64,000 nt of DNA from Escherichia coli (GTDB lineage: Bacteria > Pseudomonadota > Gammaproteobacteria > Enterobacterales > Enterobacteriaceae), in NCBI RefSeq assembly GCF_003790525.1, contig NZ_CP033635.1. One strand, written 5' to 3'. The notes below the pieces were generated by a model, which was not told the DNA's origin, made no database searches, and worked only from the letters and a program-made list of their open reading frames with translations. Positions 50,737 through 64,000 of the stretch are shown here, piece by piece; positions within the stretch are counted from its first letter, which is position 1, and each line of letters starts with the position of its first letter. A program made the position numbers and the translations under genes.

Positions 50737-51363
50737 TTATTTTTTCTCGGACAGATATTTCACCGTATCAGCATACTGCTGAACAAAAACTTCCATATTG
50801 CTGGTATCCATACCCTGCGGATTCAGCTGATATTTACCGTTAACAAACATCGCCGGAACGCCACGCAATTGCACGTCAGCTGCAGCTTTTTCCTGCTGAG
50901 CGACCAGGGATTTCACCACGAAGCTGTTCCACGCCGCGTCGTACTCTTCACCTTTAATACCTGCGTTGATAAATACATCGCGGATATCAGATGCTGAACG
51001 AATGGTCTGGGTTTTCTGTACGCCTTCAAACAGCGGAACAGTGACTTTGTCTTCCACGCCCAGTGCCATCGCCACTGCCCATGCCTGAGTCAGATCTTTG
51101 CCCAGGTCACCACCCATGAAGTTGACGTGGTATTTAGTCATCTTCACGCCTTCCGGCAGTTTTTTCTTCACGTTATCAGAAATATGCAGAACTTCTTCAA
51201 ACTGATAGCAGTGCGGGCAGAAGAAAGAGAAAAACTCCAGCACTTGCGGCGCGCCAGCTACCGGTTTTTCCAGGGTAGTGTACTGTTTACCATCTTCATA
51301 CTGCGCCGCCGATGCGCTAAACGCTAAAACTAAACCAGCCAGCGCCAGCCAAATCTTTTTCAT
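50737..51363 (-). CDS. dsbA: Periplasmic thiol:disulfide oxidoreductase DsbA
   Basis: 208 aa, with signal peptide [19 protein letters not shown] and active site FFCPHCYQF. Confidence 0.98.
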   Translation of the reverse strand: MKKIWLALAGLVLAFSASAAQYEDGKQYTTLEKPVAGAPQVLEFFSFFCPHCYQFEEVLHISDNVKKKLPEGVKMTKYHVNFMGGDLGKDLTQAWAVAMALGVEDKVTVPLFEGVQKTQTIRSASDIRDVFINAGIKGEEYDAAWNSFVVKSLVAQQEKAAADVQLRGVPAMFVNGKYQLNPQGMDTSNMEVFVQQYADTVKYLSEKK

Positions 51364-51379
51364 GATCTACTCTCTCCGA

Positions 51380-52366
51380 TTAATACATAGGTGTTAATTG
51401 CAAAGGGGGTTCTTGTAGAACTTTTGCCTGTTCTATAAAAGTCGCCGTCTGTCGTAGCCAGTAATCTTCCCCGGTTAACCACGGGAAATTTTTCGGGAAC
51501 GCGGGATCAGCCCAACGCCGCATTAGCCAGGCAAGATAATAAACCAAACGCATGGCGCGTAAAGGTTCAATCAGTCCGATTTCAGCGGTGTCGAACTCGC
51601 TAAATTCTTCATAAGCCTCAATAATAGTTTCCAGTTGCATCCGCTGCTCGGCTTTATCGCCATTGAGCAACATCCACAAATCCTGAATAGCCGGACCATT
51701 ACGTGCATCATCCAGATCAACAAACATTGGACCATCGCGCCAGAGAATATTCCCAGCGTGGCAGTCTCCATGTAGCCGCAGAACGGTGAAATCTTCCCGC
51801 CAGTGTGCTGTAACGGCGGCGATCAGCTCATCTGTCGCTTTCAGAAATGCCGCTTTCAACCCGGAAGGTATCAGTGTAGCGTCCTCAAACAGCTTGCGAG
51901 GCTCAATGAGATATTCATTCAGACCGATGGTCGGGCGATGGATAAAAAGCTGTTTGCGCCCCGTCTGGTGCATACGCCCTAAATAACGCCCAACCGCTTC
52001 CATCTGATCGATATTATCAGCTTCGAACTGGCGACCACCGACGCTTGGAAAAACAGCGAAATAAAATCCCTGATGATTCAATAAAGTCTGACCGTTAAAG
52101 GCCACAGGTGCTGCGACCGGAACTTCATCATTTACCAACTGCAACGCAAATTGATGTTCTTCGAGGATTTGATCGGCTGCCCAACGTTCAGGACGATAAA
52201 ATTTGACGACAAAACGTCGACGATCTTCGTCCTGAAATTGATAGACACGGTTTTCATAGCTGTTAAGCGGGGTAAGACCGGAATCCACCCGGATCCCTTG
52301 CTCAAACAGAGCATCCATGATGGTATCCGGGTGTAGTGTCTGGAAAGTAAAAGCGCTGTTGTTCAT
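51380..52366 (-). CDS. srkA: Stress-response Ser/Thr kinase SrkA (YihE)
   Basis: 328 aa with a kinase-like fold (..RLHGDCHAGNILW..FVDLDD..). Confidence 0.94.
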   Translation of the reverse strand: MNNSAFTFQTLHPDTIMDALFEQGIRVDSGLTPLNSYENRVYQFQDEDRRRFVVKFYRPERWAADQILEEHQFALQLVNDEVPVAAPVAFNGQTLLNHQGFYFAVFPSVGGRQFEADNIDQMEAVGRYLGRMHQTGRKQLFIHRPTIGLNEYLIEPRKLFEDATLIPSGLKAAFLKATDELIAAVTAHWREDFTVLRLHGDCHAGNILWRDGPMFVDLDDARNGPAIQDLWMLLNGDKAEQRMQLETIIEAYEEFSEFDTAEIGLIEPLRAMRLVYYLAWLMRRWADPAFPKNFPWLTGEDYWLRQTATFIEQAKVLQEPPLQLTPMY

Positions 52367-52442
52367 CCCATCATCCGGAAAACATTACGAATGATGAAGG
52401 ATATCATTTCATGATGATTTTGGTGGCACCGCTTACAAGCTT

Positions 52443-52712
52443 TTACTCTTTAATTACACCACGTGCGCGTAATAGCGCCGTTTTGAAATCTTCTTCATAA
52501 TCTTTCTGCAAACCCGGGATCACCGCATCTTTCGCGGAATCACGCATTTTCAGGTGATAGATCAGAATGTCATCCGTCAAATCCGCCAGTTCGCCGTCAA
52601 AACCTGACTCTTTCGCCAGTTTCTGCAAAAATTGCAGCAGGTTAAGGTCTGGCTCTTTTTGCCAGGCTGGCTGGAGGAGTTCAATAACTTCATTCAGACG
52701 TTTACATTTCAT
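52443..52712 (-). CDS. yihD: Protein YihD (DUF1040), 89 aa
   Basis: [33 protein letters not shown]... The ATG at 52712 is preceded by AAGGAG. Confidence 0.9.
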
Positions 52713-52781
52713 AGTAATGCTCCTTACTCTTGAGACAGACACGTTAGCAGGGTCAATCCCACAATAAAAGAGGCGATATCG

Positions 52782-53366
52782 GTGAATCTGATGACGACGA
52801 TAACAGGCGTTGTGCTGGCGGGCGGTAAAGCCAGACGAATGGGCGGCGTAGATAAAGGATTGCTTGAATTAAACGGCAAACCATTATGGCAACATGTCGC
52901 TGACGCGCTTATGACGCAGCTCTCTCACGTCGTGGTTAATGCTAATCGTCATCAGGAAATCTATCAGGCAAGCGGTCTGAAAGTGATTGAAGATTCACTG
53001 GCGGATTACCCTGGCCCTCTGGCAGGAATGCTTTCAGTAATGCAGCAGGAAGCGGGTGAGTGGTTTTTGTTTTGCCCGTGCGATACGCCTTACATTCCCC
53101 ATGATTTAGCCTCCCGGCTTACTCATCAGCGCAAAGATGCGCCTGTCGTGTGGGTCCACGACGGTGAACGCGATCACCCGACTATTGCTCTGGTAAACCG
53201 CGCAATTGAGCCTTTATTACAAGAATATCTGCAAGCAGGAGAACGCCGGGTTATGGCATTTATGCGTCTGGCTGGCGGTCATGCGGTTGATTTCAGCGAT
53301 CGTAAAGAGGCATTTATAAACGTGAATACGCCAGAGGAGCTTGCCCGATGGCAGGAAAAACGATGA
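52782..53366 (+). CDS. mobA: Molybdenum cofactor guanylyltransferase
   Basis: 194 aa with a GTG start, ..[20 protein letters not shown].. Confidence 0.95.
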
Positions 53367-53875
53367 TACCGTTACTCGCCTTTGCTGCATGGAGTGGCAC
53401 CGGAAAAACAACGCTGCTGAAAAAATTGATCCCGGCATTATGCGCCAGAGGGATCCGTCCGGGGCTGATTAAGCATACGCACCATGATATGGATGTTGAT
53501 AAGCCAGGCAAAGATAGCTATGAGCTGCGCAAGGCTGGCGCGGCACAAACCATCGTTGCCAGCCAGCAACGATGGGCCTTGATGACGGAAACACCAGGCG
53601 AAGAAGAGCTGGATCTACATTTTCTCGCAAGTCGAATGGATACCTCAAAGCTGGATTTGATTCTGGTCGAAGGGTTTAAGCATGAAGAGATCGCAAAGAT
53701 TGTGCTGTTTCGCGATGGAGCCGGACATCGACCGGAAGAATTAGTGATAGACAGGCATGTTATTGCTGTAGCCAGTGATGTGCCGCTTAATCTTGATGTC
53801 GCGTTACTGGATATTAATGATGTTGGGGGGCTGGCTGATTTTGTGGTGGAGTGGATGCAAAATCAGGACGGATAA
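53348..53875 (+). CDS. mobB: Molybdopterin-guanine dinucleotide biosynthesis adapter protein MobB
   Basis: 175 aa with Walker A WSGTGKTT. It overlaps the mobA 3' end by 19 nt. Confidence 0.94.
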   Translation: MAGKTMIPLLAFAAWSGTGKTTLLKKLIPALCARGIRPGLIKHTHHDMDVDKPGKDSYELRKAGAAQTIVASQQRWALMTETPGEEELDLHFLASRMDTSKLDLILVEGFKHEEIAKIVLFRDGAGHRPEELVIDRHVIAVASDVPLNLDVALLDINDVGGLADFVVEWMQNQDG

Positions 53876-53936
53876 GCAAGAGTAGGCTGGATCAGACGCA
53901 GCCAGCGTCGCAGCCGGCCTTTTTCTGCACCAGCGC

Positions 53937-53966
53937 AAAAAGGCCATCCTTTTGGATGGCCTTTCG
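53937..53966. terminator. rrnA distal terminator hairpin (bidirectional with mobB)
   Basis: aaaaa-ggccatcc-tttt-ggatggcc-ttt. Confidence 0.8.
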
Positions 53967-53975
53967 CTTAATTTG

Positions 53976-54095
53976 ATGCCTGGCAGTTCCCTACTCTCGC
54001 ATGGGGAGACCCCACACTACCATCGGCGCTACGGCGTTTCACTTCTGAGTTCGGCATGGGGTCAGGTGGGACCACCGCGCTAAGGCCGCCAGGCA
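53976..54095 (-). rRNA. rrfA: 5S rRNA
   Basis: The reverse complement reads tgcctggcggcc.tagcgcggtggtcccacctgaccccatgccgaactcagaagtgaaacgccgtagcgccgatggtagtgtggggtctccccatgcgagagtagggaactgccaggcat (120 nt). Confidence 0.97.
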
Positions 54096-54187
54096 AATTC
54101 TGTTTCATCAGACCGCTTCTGCGTTCTGATTTAATCTGTATCAGGCTGAAAATCTTCTCTCTTCCGCCAAAACATCTTCGGCGTTGT

Positions 54188-57092
<2,905 letters not shown>

Positions 57093-57266
57093 TCACAACC
57101 CGAAGATGTTTCACTTCAGAGTTGCGAAAATTTGAGAGACTCACGAACAACTTTCGTTGTTCAGTGTTTCAATTTTCAGCTTGATCCAGATTTTTAAAGA
57201 GCAAAACTTCGCAGTGAACCTTTGCAGGTACACTCTGAAGTATTTTTTATTTAATCACTACAGAGA

Positions 57267-57342
57267 TGGTGGAGCTATGCGGGATCGAACCGCAGACCTC
57301 CTGCGTGCAAAGCAGGCGCTCTCCCAGCTGAGCTATAGCCCC
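57267..57342 (-). tRNA. alaT: tRNA-Ala (UGC)
   Basis: The reverse complement reads ggggctatagctcagctgggagagcgcctgctttgcacgcaggaggtctgcggttcgatcccgcatagctccacca. Confidence 0.97.
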
Positions 57343-57384
57343 ATAACATGTAGTTAAAACCTCTTCAAATTTGCGATGCAAATT

Positions 57385-57461
<77 letters not shown>

Positions 57462-57529
57462 GTAGAGGTTTTACTGCTCATTTTCATCAGACAATCTGTG
57501 TGAGCACTGCAAAGCACAGTTCTTTAAGG

Positions 57530-59071
<1,542 letters not shown>

Positions 59072-59247
59072 AAAAGTTTGATGCTCAAAGAATTAAACTT
59101 CGTAATGAATTACGTGTTCACTCTTGAGACTTGGTATTCATTTTTCGTCTTGCGACGTTAAGAATCCGTATCTTCGAGTGCCCACACAGATTGTCTGATA
59201 AATTGTTAAAGAGCAGTGCCGCTTCGCTTTTTCTCAGCGGCGCGGGG

Positions 59248-59285
59248 TGTGCATAATACGCTTTCCCGCTACAGAGTCAAGCATT
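59248..59285 (-). promoter_or_regulatory. rrnA P2 promoter
   Basis: The minus strand reads ttgact-N17-tattat, followed by the GC-rich discriminator gcacaccccgcgccg. Confidence 0.7.
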
Positions 59286-59364
59286 TTTTTGCTTTTCTCT
59301 GTTGAGATTCTCAGGAGAACCCCGCTGACGCGGCGGCGTGTTTGCCGTTGTTCCGTGTCAGTGG

Positions 59365-59425
59365 TGGCGCATTATAGGGAGTTATTCCGGCCTGACAAGA
59401 GGAAATTTAAAATAATTTTCCGACC
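59365..59425 (-). promoter_or_regulatory. rrnA P1 promoter with UP element
   Basis: The minus strand reads gaaaattattttaaatttcct (A/T UP element), then cttgtcagg (-35), N16, tataat (-10), gcgccaccactg (discriminator). It is near-identical to the canonical rrn P1. Confidence 0.85.
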
Positions 59426-59447
59426 GCGCATTTTTTATTCTTTATGC

Positions 59448-59993
59448 TTATTTCAGCGTCGGTTTGTCGGTTAAATGGGCGATTTCTCGGGCGAAATTCG
59501 CCACCTGCTCCCAATCGGTATAGACAACTTCTTTGCGCGTATCCGTTTCACCGCCTGACATCTTCATAATCAGTTTGATCATAAAGCGGTCGTACCAGCG
59601 ATAACGTGGGTAACGCAGCGCCCCGGCAATGACCGCGCAGCGATCGGGACGCCATTGTGAACTCATCAGGAACTTCCGCGCGTAGCTGTTGGTCTGTGGA
59701 GTACGCTTCTCAGGTTTACGCGCCACCAGGTTTACGGAGTAAAAGGCGCTCGGCATCGAATTCAGTCGCGTCGCATGCTTTTTGACAAATTCCTGGAACG
59801 CAGAGTGGTAGTGACCATAGCGAATAGAAGCACCAATGACCACACGGTCGTAGTTTTCCCACTGTGGTTCTTCAATGCGGTGCACATTGGCGACATCCGC
59901 CTGGATCCCCAGTTCTTTCAGTTCCGAAGCCAGGTAGGAGGCAATCTCGCGCGTTTGTCCGTCCCTTGTTGAGAAAAGAATTAATGTTTTCAC
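59448..59993 (-). CDS. hemG: Protoporphyrinogen IX dehydrogenase (menaquinone), flavodoxin-like
   Basis: 181 aa, [22 protein letters not shown]... Confidence 0.96.
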   Translation of the reverse strand: MKTLILFSTRDGQTREIASYLASELKELGIQADVANVHRIEEPQWENYDRVVIGASIRYGHYHSAFQEFVKKHATRLNSMPSAFYSVNLVARKPEKRTPQTNSYARKFLMSSQWRPDRCAVIAGALRYPRYRWYDRFMIKLIMKMSGGETDTRKEVVYTDWEQVANFAREIAHLTDKPTLK

Positions 59994-60004
59994 GTATTAC
60001 TCCA

Positions 60005-61456
60005 TCATTCACGCCAGAAAGTCGGGGTAAAGAGCACCAGCAATGTAAAGACCTCGAGACGACCAAACAGCATGTTGGCAATCAGGATCCATTTAGCCAC
60101 CGGGTTCATACTGGTAAAGTTATCAGCAACCACACCAAGCCCTGGCCCCAGGTTATTCAATGTCGCAACAACCGAGGCAAAGGCAGAAAAGTCATCCACG
60201 CCCGTGGCGATAATCGCCAGCATACTGACAATAAACACCAATGCATAGGCGGAGAAAAATCCCCACACGGCTTCGAGGATACGTTCCGGCAGTGCGCGAT
60301 TCCCCAGCTTAATGCTATAGACGGCGTTCGGATGCACCAGTCGTTTCAGCTCACGGTTCCCCTGCTTAAACAGCAGCAGGATGCGGATCACTTTCAGGCC
60401 ACCGCCCGTTGACCCGGCACAACCGCCGATAAAAGCTGAACATAAGAGCAGTACCGGCAAAAAGAGCGGCCAGCGGGCAATGCTGTCAGTTGTAAACCCG
60501 GCGGTTGTCGCCATCGACACCACCTGGAAAAACGCCTGGTTAATTGTCATCAGCGCCGAACTGTAGACATTATGAAACCACAGTACGAGTGTACAAATAA
60601 CCACCAGTGAAAACTGTACGCCGATAAACATGCGAAATTCCGGATCGCGCCAATAAACCTTCAGACTACGCCCACTTAACAGTGAAAAGTGCAGACCGTA
60701 GTTACAGCCAGAGATCAGCAGGAAGATAGCAATGATAGTGTTAATAGTCGGGCTGTCGAAATAACCGATACTGGCATCATGTGTCGAGAAGCCGCCAATA
60801 GCGATAGTCGCAAAGCTATGGCCGATGGCATCAAAGGCATCCATTCCAGCAAACCACAACGCCAGCGCACAGGCGACGGTCAGCAAGACATAAATCAACC
60901 ACAGGGTTTTCGCCGTTTCCGCAATTCGCGGGCGCATTTTGTTATCTTTCAGCGGGCCGGGCATTTCTGCGCGATAGAGCTGCATCCCACCCACGCCGAG
61001 GATAGGCAGTATCGCAACCGCCAACACGATGATCCCCATCCCGCCAAACCATTGCAGCATCTGGCGATAAAAGAGGATGGCATGAGGGAGCGAATCCAGC
61101 CCCACCAGCGTAGTGGCTCCCGTGGTGGTCAGGCCAGAGAAAGATTCAAAAAACGCATCGGTAATCGTGAGGTTCGGGCTTTCCGAGAAGATAAAAGGGA
61201 GCGCACCGACACTACCCAGCACGGTCCAGAACAGCACCACTATCAGAAACCCCTCACGGGATTTCAGTTCGCCCTTCTCTTTGCGGTTCGGCCACCACAG
61301 CATAGAGCCAATGGCGAGGGCGACAAAAAAGGTCTGGGTAAAAGCGCGGCCCGCTCCATCCCGGTAGATGAGTGCTACCAGCCCAGGGATAATCATGGTC
61401 CCTGAAAATAAGATGACCAGTAGTCCAACGATTCGGGTAATGGCGCGAAAATGCAT
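60005..61456 (-). CDS. trkH: Trk potassium uptake protein TrkH
   Basis: 483-aa polytopic membrane protein. Matches K-12 TrkH. Confidence 0.96.
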   Translation of the reverse strand: MHFRAITRIVGLLVILFSGTMIIPGLVALIYRDGAGRAFTQTFFVALAIGSMLWWPNRKEKGELKSREGFLIVVLFWTVLGSVGALPFIFSESPNLTITDAFFESFSGLTTTGATTLVGLDSLPHAILFYRQMLQWFGGMGIIVLAVAILPILGVGGMQLYRAEMPGPLKDNKMRPRIAETAKTLWLIYVLLTVACALALWFAGMDAFDAIGHSFATIAIGGFSTHDASIGYFDSPTINTIIAIFLLISGCNYGLHFSLLSGRSLKVYWRDPEFRMFIGVQFSLVVICTLVLWFHNVYSSALMTINQAFFQVVSMATTAGFTTDSIARWPLFLPVLLLCSAFIGGCAGSTGGGLKVIRILLLFKQGNRELKRLVHPNAVYSIKLGNRALPERILEAVWGFFSAYALVFIVSMLAIIATGVDDFSAFASVVATLNNLGPGLGVVADNFTSMNPVAKWILIANMLFGRLEVFTLLVLFTPTFWRE

Positions 61457-61494
61457 CTCTGCCGCTTCCTTAGTTCTGCAAAACGAAGTGGGGA

Positions 61495-62109
61495 TTATTC
61501 TTCAATCGCTAACAATTGCAATGAACCACGGCTAAAATCCGCCAGCTTTGCGGAAAATTCAGCCACTTTCGCCGCCGGAAGCGCCACCCGCAGCAGAACG
61601 AATGCCTGATAATCACTGTTGATAATTTTGCCGTCACACTGCCCCAGCAACGCTTCAATGCCGGTTAACTGACTATATTCACATTGCAAAGTATATTCGG
61701 TTAATGGCGTCTTGCGTTGGGTCGTTAGCTGGCGCAGCGCCTGATTCACGCCGCCGCCATACGCTTTCACTAACCCACTGGTGCCAAGCAATATGCCGCC
61801 GTAGTAGCGCACCACCACGGCGGTAATTTCCCCGACGCCGCTGCCCATCAGTTGGGCGAGCATCGGTTTACCTGCCGTTCCCGCCGGTTCCCCGTCGTCA
61901 GAGAAACCCAACTGTTGTGAATCATCCGGCGCACCCGCCACCCACGCCACGCAATGGTGGCGGGCATCGGGGTGTTCTGCCCGCACCGATTCAACAAACG
62001 CTTTCGCCGCCTCAACGCCATCGGTATGCGCCAACATCGTTATAAAGCGGCTCTTTTTGATCTCTTCAACAACCGTGACCGGTGCCGCAGGAATTATCCA
62101 GCTTTCCAT
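61495..62109 (-). CDS. yigZ: IMPACT-family protein YigZ, 204 aa
   Basis: [24 protein letters not shown]... Its ATG overlaps the pepQ TGA by 1 nt. Confidence 0.92.
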   Translation of the reverse strand: MESWIIPAAPVTVVEEIKKSRFITMLAHTDGVEAAKAFVESVRAEHPDARHHCVAWVAGAPDDSQQLGFSDDGEPAGTAGKPMLAQLMGSGVGEITAVVVRYYGGILLGTSGLVKAYGGGVNQALRQLTTQRKTPLTEYTLQCEYSQLTGIEALLGQCDGKIINSDYQAFVLLRVALPAAKVAEFSAKLADFSRGSLQLLAIEE

Positions 62110-63440
62110 CACGCCAGTTTCAGATCCCGGGTCATGTTTTCCACGTTGTTTTCGTGGATCACCACGTTGTCTTCGATACGAATGCCGCCGAACGGTTTCA
62201 GTGCTTCAATTTTCTGCCAGTTGAAGTGTTTGCTGAACTGCCCTTCACGCCACGGCGCCAGCAGCGATTCGATGAAGTAGATACCCGGTTCGATGGTTAA
62301 CACCATGCCTGGCTGGAGAATACGGGTGCAGCGCAGGTACGGATATTTTGCCGGTGCCGCGAGGTGCGTACCGCTATCATCTTGCATAAAGCCAGCTACG
62401 TCATGCACCTGCAGGCCCAGCGGATGACCGATACCGTGCGGCATAAACGGTCCGGTGAGATCGTTTTCGACCATCGCTTCTTCACTCATATCGGTGATGA
62501 TTTGATGTTTACGCAGCAATTTGGCGATGCGCTGATGGAACTGGATGTGGTAATCCACATAGCTGACGCCAGCTTTCATGGTGGCGATCAGCGCAAGTTG
62601 TTCATCATTTACGTCTTTCACCAGCTGTGCGTAGTCGTTGTCGCTTTTTGCCGACCAGGTACGGGTCAGGTCAGCCGCATAGCCGTTATATTCGGCCCCG
62701 GCATCCAGCAGGAAGCTGCGCATCTCTTCCGGTGCCTGGTGGTCCAATTTGGTGTAATGCAGCACCGCAGCGTGTTCGTTAAGCGCCACAATGTTGCTGT
62801 AAGGTACGTCGGTATCACGATGACCGGTCGCGGTCAGATAGGCAATATTGATATCAAACTCGCTCATGCCAGAACGGAACGCTTCTTCTGCCGCGCGATG
62901 ACCGTTGACCGCCATTTTCTGCGCTTCACGCATACAGGCCAGTTCGTACTCGGTTTTGAAGGAGCGGTAGTAATGCAGGTAGTCGATCACCCCTTTCGGA
63001 TTGATGTTGCTGGCCTCAATACCCAGTTGCAGCGCACGTTCCGGCACCGGACCGATATAACCGATATTGCCGCGCGCAGCAGGCAGCAGGCTACCAATGC
63101 CATCGGCTTTCGGCAGCGCGATCACTTCCACATCTTCAGTCCAGAAGGAGTTCGGCAGCGGTTCGACGTTGTGCCAGTAATCAACCGGCAGATAAAACCA
63201 CAGTTTCGGCTTGTTCACGCCATCCACCAGCAGCCAGCAGTTTGGCACCTGAGTTACCGGCACCCACGCTTTGAATTGCGGGTTCACTTTAAACGGATAG
63301 GGATGATCGTCGAGAAAAACGTTGAACAGTTCGCCGGAGTGAATAAGTAACGCATCCAGCTTGAAGCGCGCCAGCGCATCGCGAGTCCGTTCCTGTAAGG
63401 TAGCTATATGATTTTTATAGAGCGAGGCCAGTGATTCCAT
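62109..63440 (-). CDS. pepQ: Xaa-Pro dipeptidase (prolidase)
   Basis: 443 aa with M24B metal ligands (..[15 protein letters not shown].., ..[13 protein letters not shown]..). Confidence 0.96.
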
Positions 63441-63587
63441 TTTTTACCCTTCTGTTTTTTTGACCTTAAGTCTCCGCATCTTAGCACATCGTTCATCCAG
63501 AGCGTGATTTCTGCCGAGCGTGATCAGATCGGCATTTCTTTAATCTTTTATTTGCATATTTTTAACACAAAATACACACTTCGATGC

Positions 63588-63604
63588 ATCTGGTACGACC
63601 AGAT
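63588..63604. promoter_or_regulatory. FadR operator in the fadBA promoter
   Basis: atctggtacgaccagat is a palindrome matching the FadR consensus (..CTGGTCCGACCTG..-like). It lies ~26 nt upstream of the fadB ATG. Confidence 0.75.
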
Positions 63605-63629
63605 CACCTTGCGGATTCAGGAGACTGAC

Positions 63630-64000
63630 ATGCTTTACAAAGGCGACACCCTGTACCTTGACTGGCTGGAAGATGGCATTGCCGAACTGGTATTTGATGC
63701 CCCAGGTTCAGTTAATAAACTCGACACTGCCACCGTCGCCAGCCTCGGCGAGGCCATCGGCGTGCTGGAACAGCAATCAGATCTAAAAGGGCTGCTGCTG
63801 CGTTCGAACAAAGCAGCCTTTATCGTCGGTGCTGATATCACCGAATTTTTGTCCCTGTTCCTCGTTCCTGAAGAACAGTTAAGTCAGTGGCTGCACTTTG
63901 CCAATAGCGTGTTTAATCGCCTGGAAGATCTGCCGGTGCCGACCATTGCTGCCGTCAACGGCTATGCGCTGGGCGGTGGCTGCGAATGCGTGCTGGCGAC
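63630..64000 (+). CDS. fadB: Fatty-acid oxidation complex alpha subunit, 5' part (partial, runs off the window)
   Basis: [32 protein letters not shown]...[14 protein letters not shown] is an enoyl-CoA hydratase N-terminus. The frame stays open to the window end. Confidence 0.93.

Noticed and set aside
18804-52742. N-terminally extended starts given by the ORF track for yihX, csqR, yihV, yihR, yihP, yihO, ompL, glnG, hemN, yihI, yihG, yihD, yiiE, yiiF and yigZ
   Set aside because: The track reports the longest ORF, including GTG/TTG starts. In each case an internal ATG with a better Shine-Dalgarno gives the protein N-terminus and length I recall for K-12, so I used that. The yihR start remains uncertain.
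62364-63350. 328-aa plus-strand ORF antisense to pepQ, with similar long antisense ORFs at 9128-10141, 7913-8677, 10337-10999, 11751-12527, 41678-42262, 60689-61405 and 23367-23942
   Set aside because: All lie entirely inside well-identified conserved genes on the opposite strand. They have Arg/His/Val-rich compositions typical of antisense frames. None has a motif or a plausible RBS.

Overview
The window is an Escherichia coli chromosomal segment, reverse-complemented relative to K-12 numbering. I identified genes by reading the translated ORFs and RNA sequences against what I remember of K-12. No search was run. Gene order: frvR (3' end) - yiiG - [insert A] - fdhD - fdoGHI - fdhE - yiiF - yiiE - [insert B] - yiiD - dtd - yihY - yihX - csqR(yihW) - yihV / yihUTSRQPO - ompL - yihNML - typA - glnALG - yshB - hemN - yihI - csrC - engB(yihA) - spf - polA - yihG - yihF - dsbA - srkA(yihE) - yihD - mobAB - rrnA (5S-23S-tRNAAla-tRNAIle-16S, minus strand) - hemG - trkH - yigZ - pepQ - fadB (5' end). 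Most of this is ordinary core genome: formate dehydrogenase-O with a selenocysteine UGA, the sulfoquinovose (sulfo-EMP) cluster, the glnALG nitrogen regulon, two sRNAs, REP elements and one rRNA operon. Three places depart from the K-12 order as I remember it. (A) 1578-5721 holds a translationally coupled two-gene cassette between yiiG and fdhD. It encodes a full-length Hsp90/HtpG-family GHKL ATPase paralog (611 aa) and a 768-aa helical-repeat (TPR-like) protein with a Cys cluster and an unrecognisable C-terminal domain. I cannot assign it to any named system, and it is the best candidate for something undescribed. (B) About 13.74-16.5 kb is a strongly AT-rich island between yiiE and yiiD. It carries a single 604-aa gene with the CKSAKDRT (CX5R-T) active-site loop of SopB/IpgD-type inositol-phosphate phosphatase type III effectors, with no adjacent chaperone or secretion genes. 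(C) yihF is split by a 1-nt frameshift in an A8 homopolymer. Lesser observations are a 57-codon TM-plus-polybasic ORF that exactly fills the yihI-hemN gap, the tandem duplicated orphan RHH antitoxin-like genes yiiE and yiiF, and a repeated AAAAAGTGAC motif in the sulfoquinovose cluster. I saw no CRISPR array, integrase, transposase or IS element.
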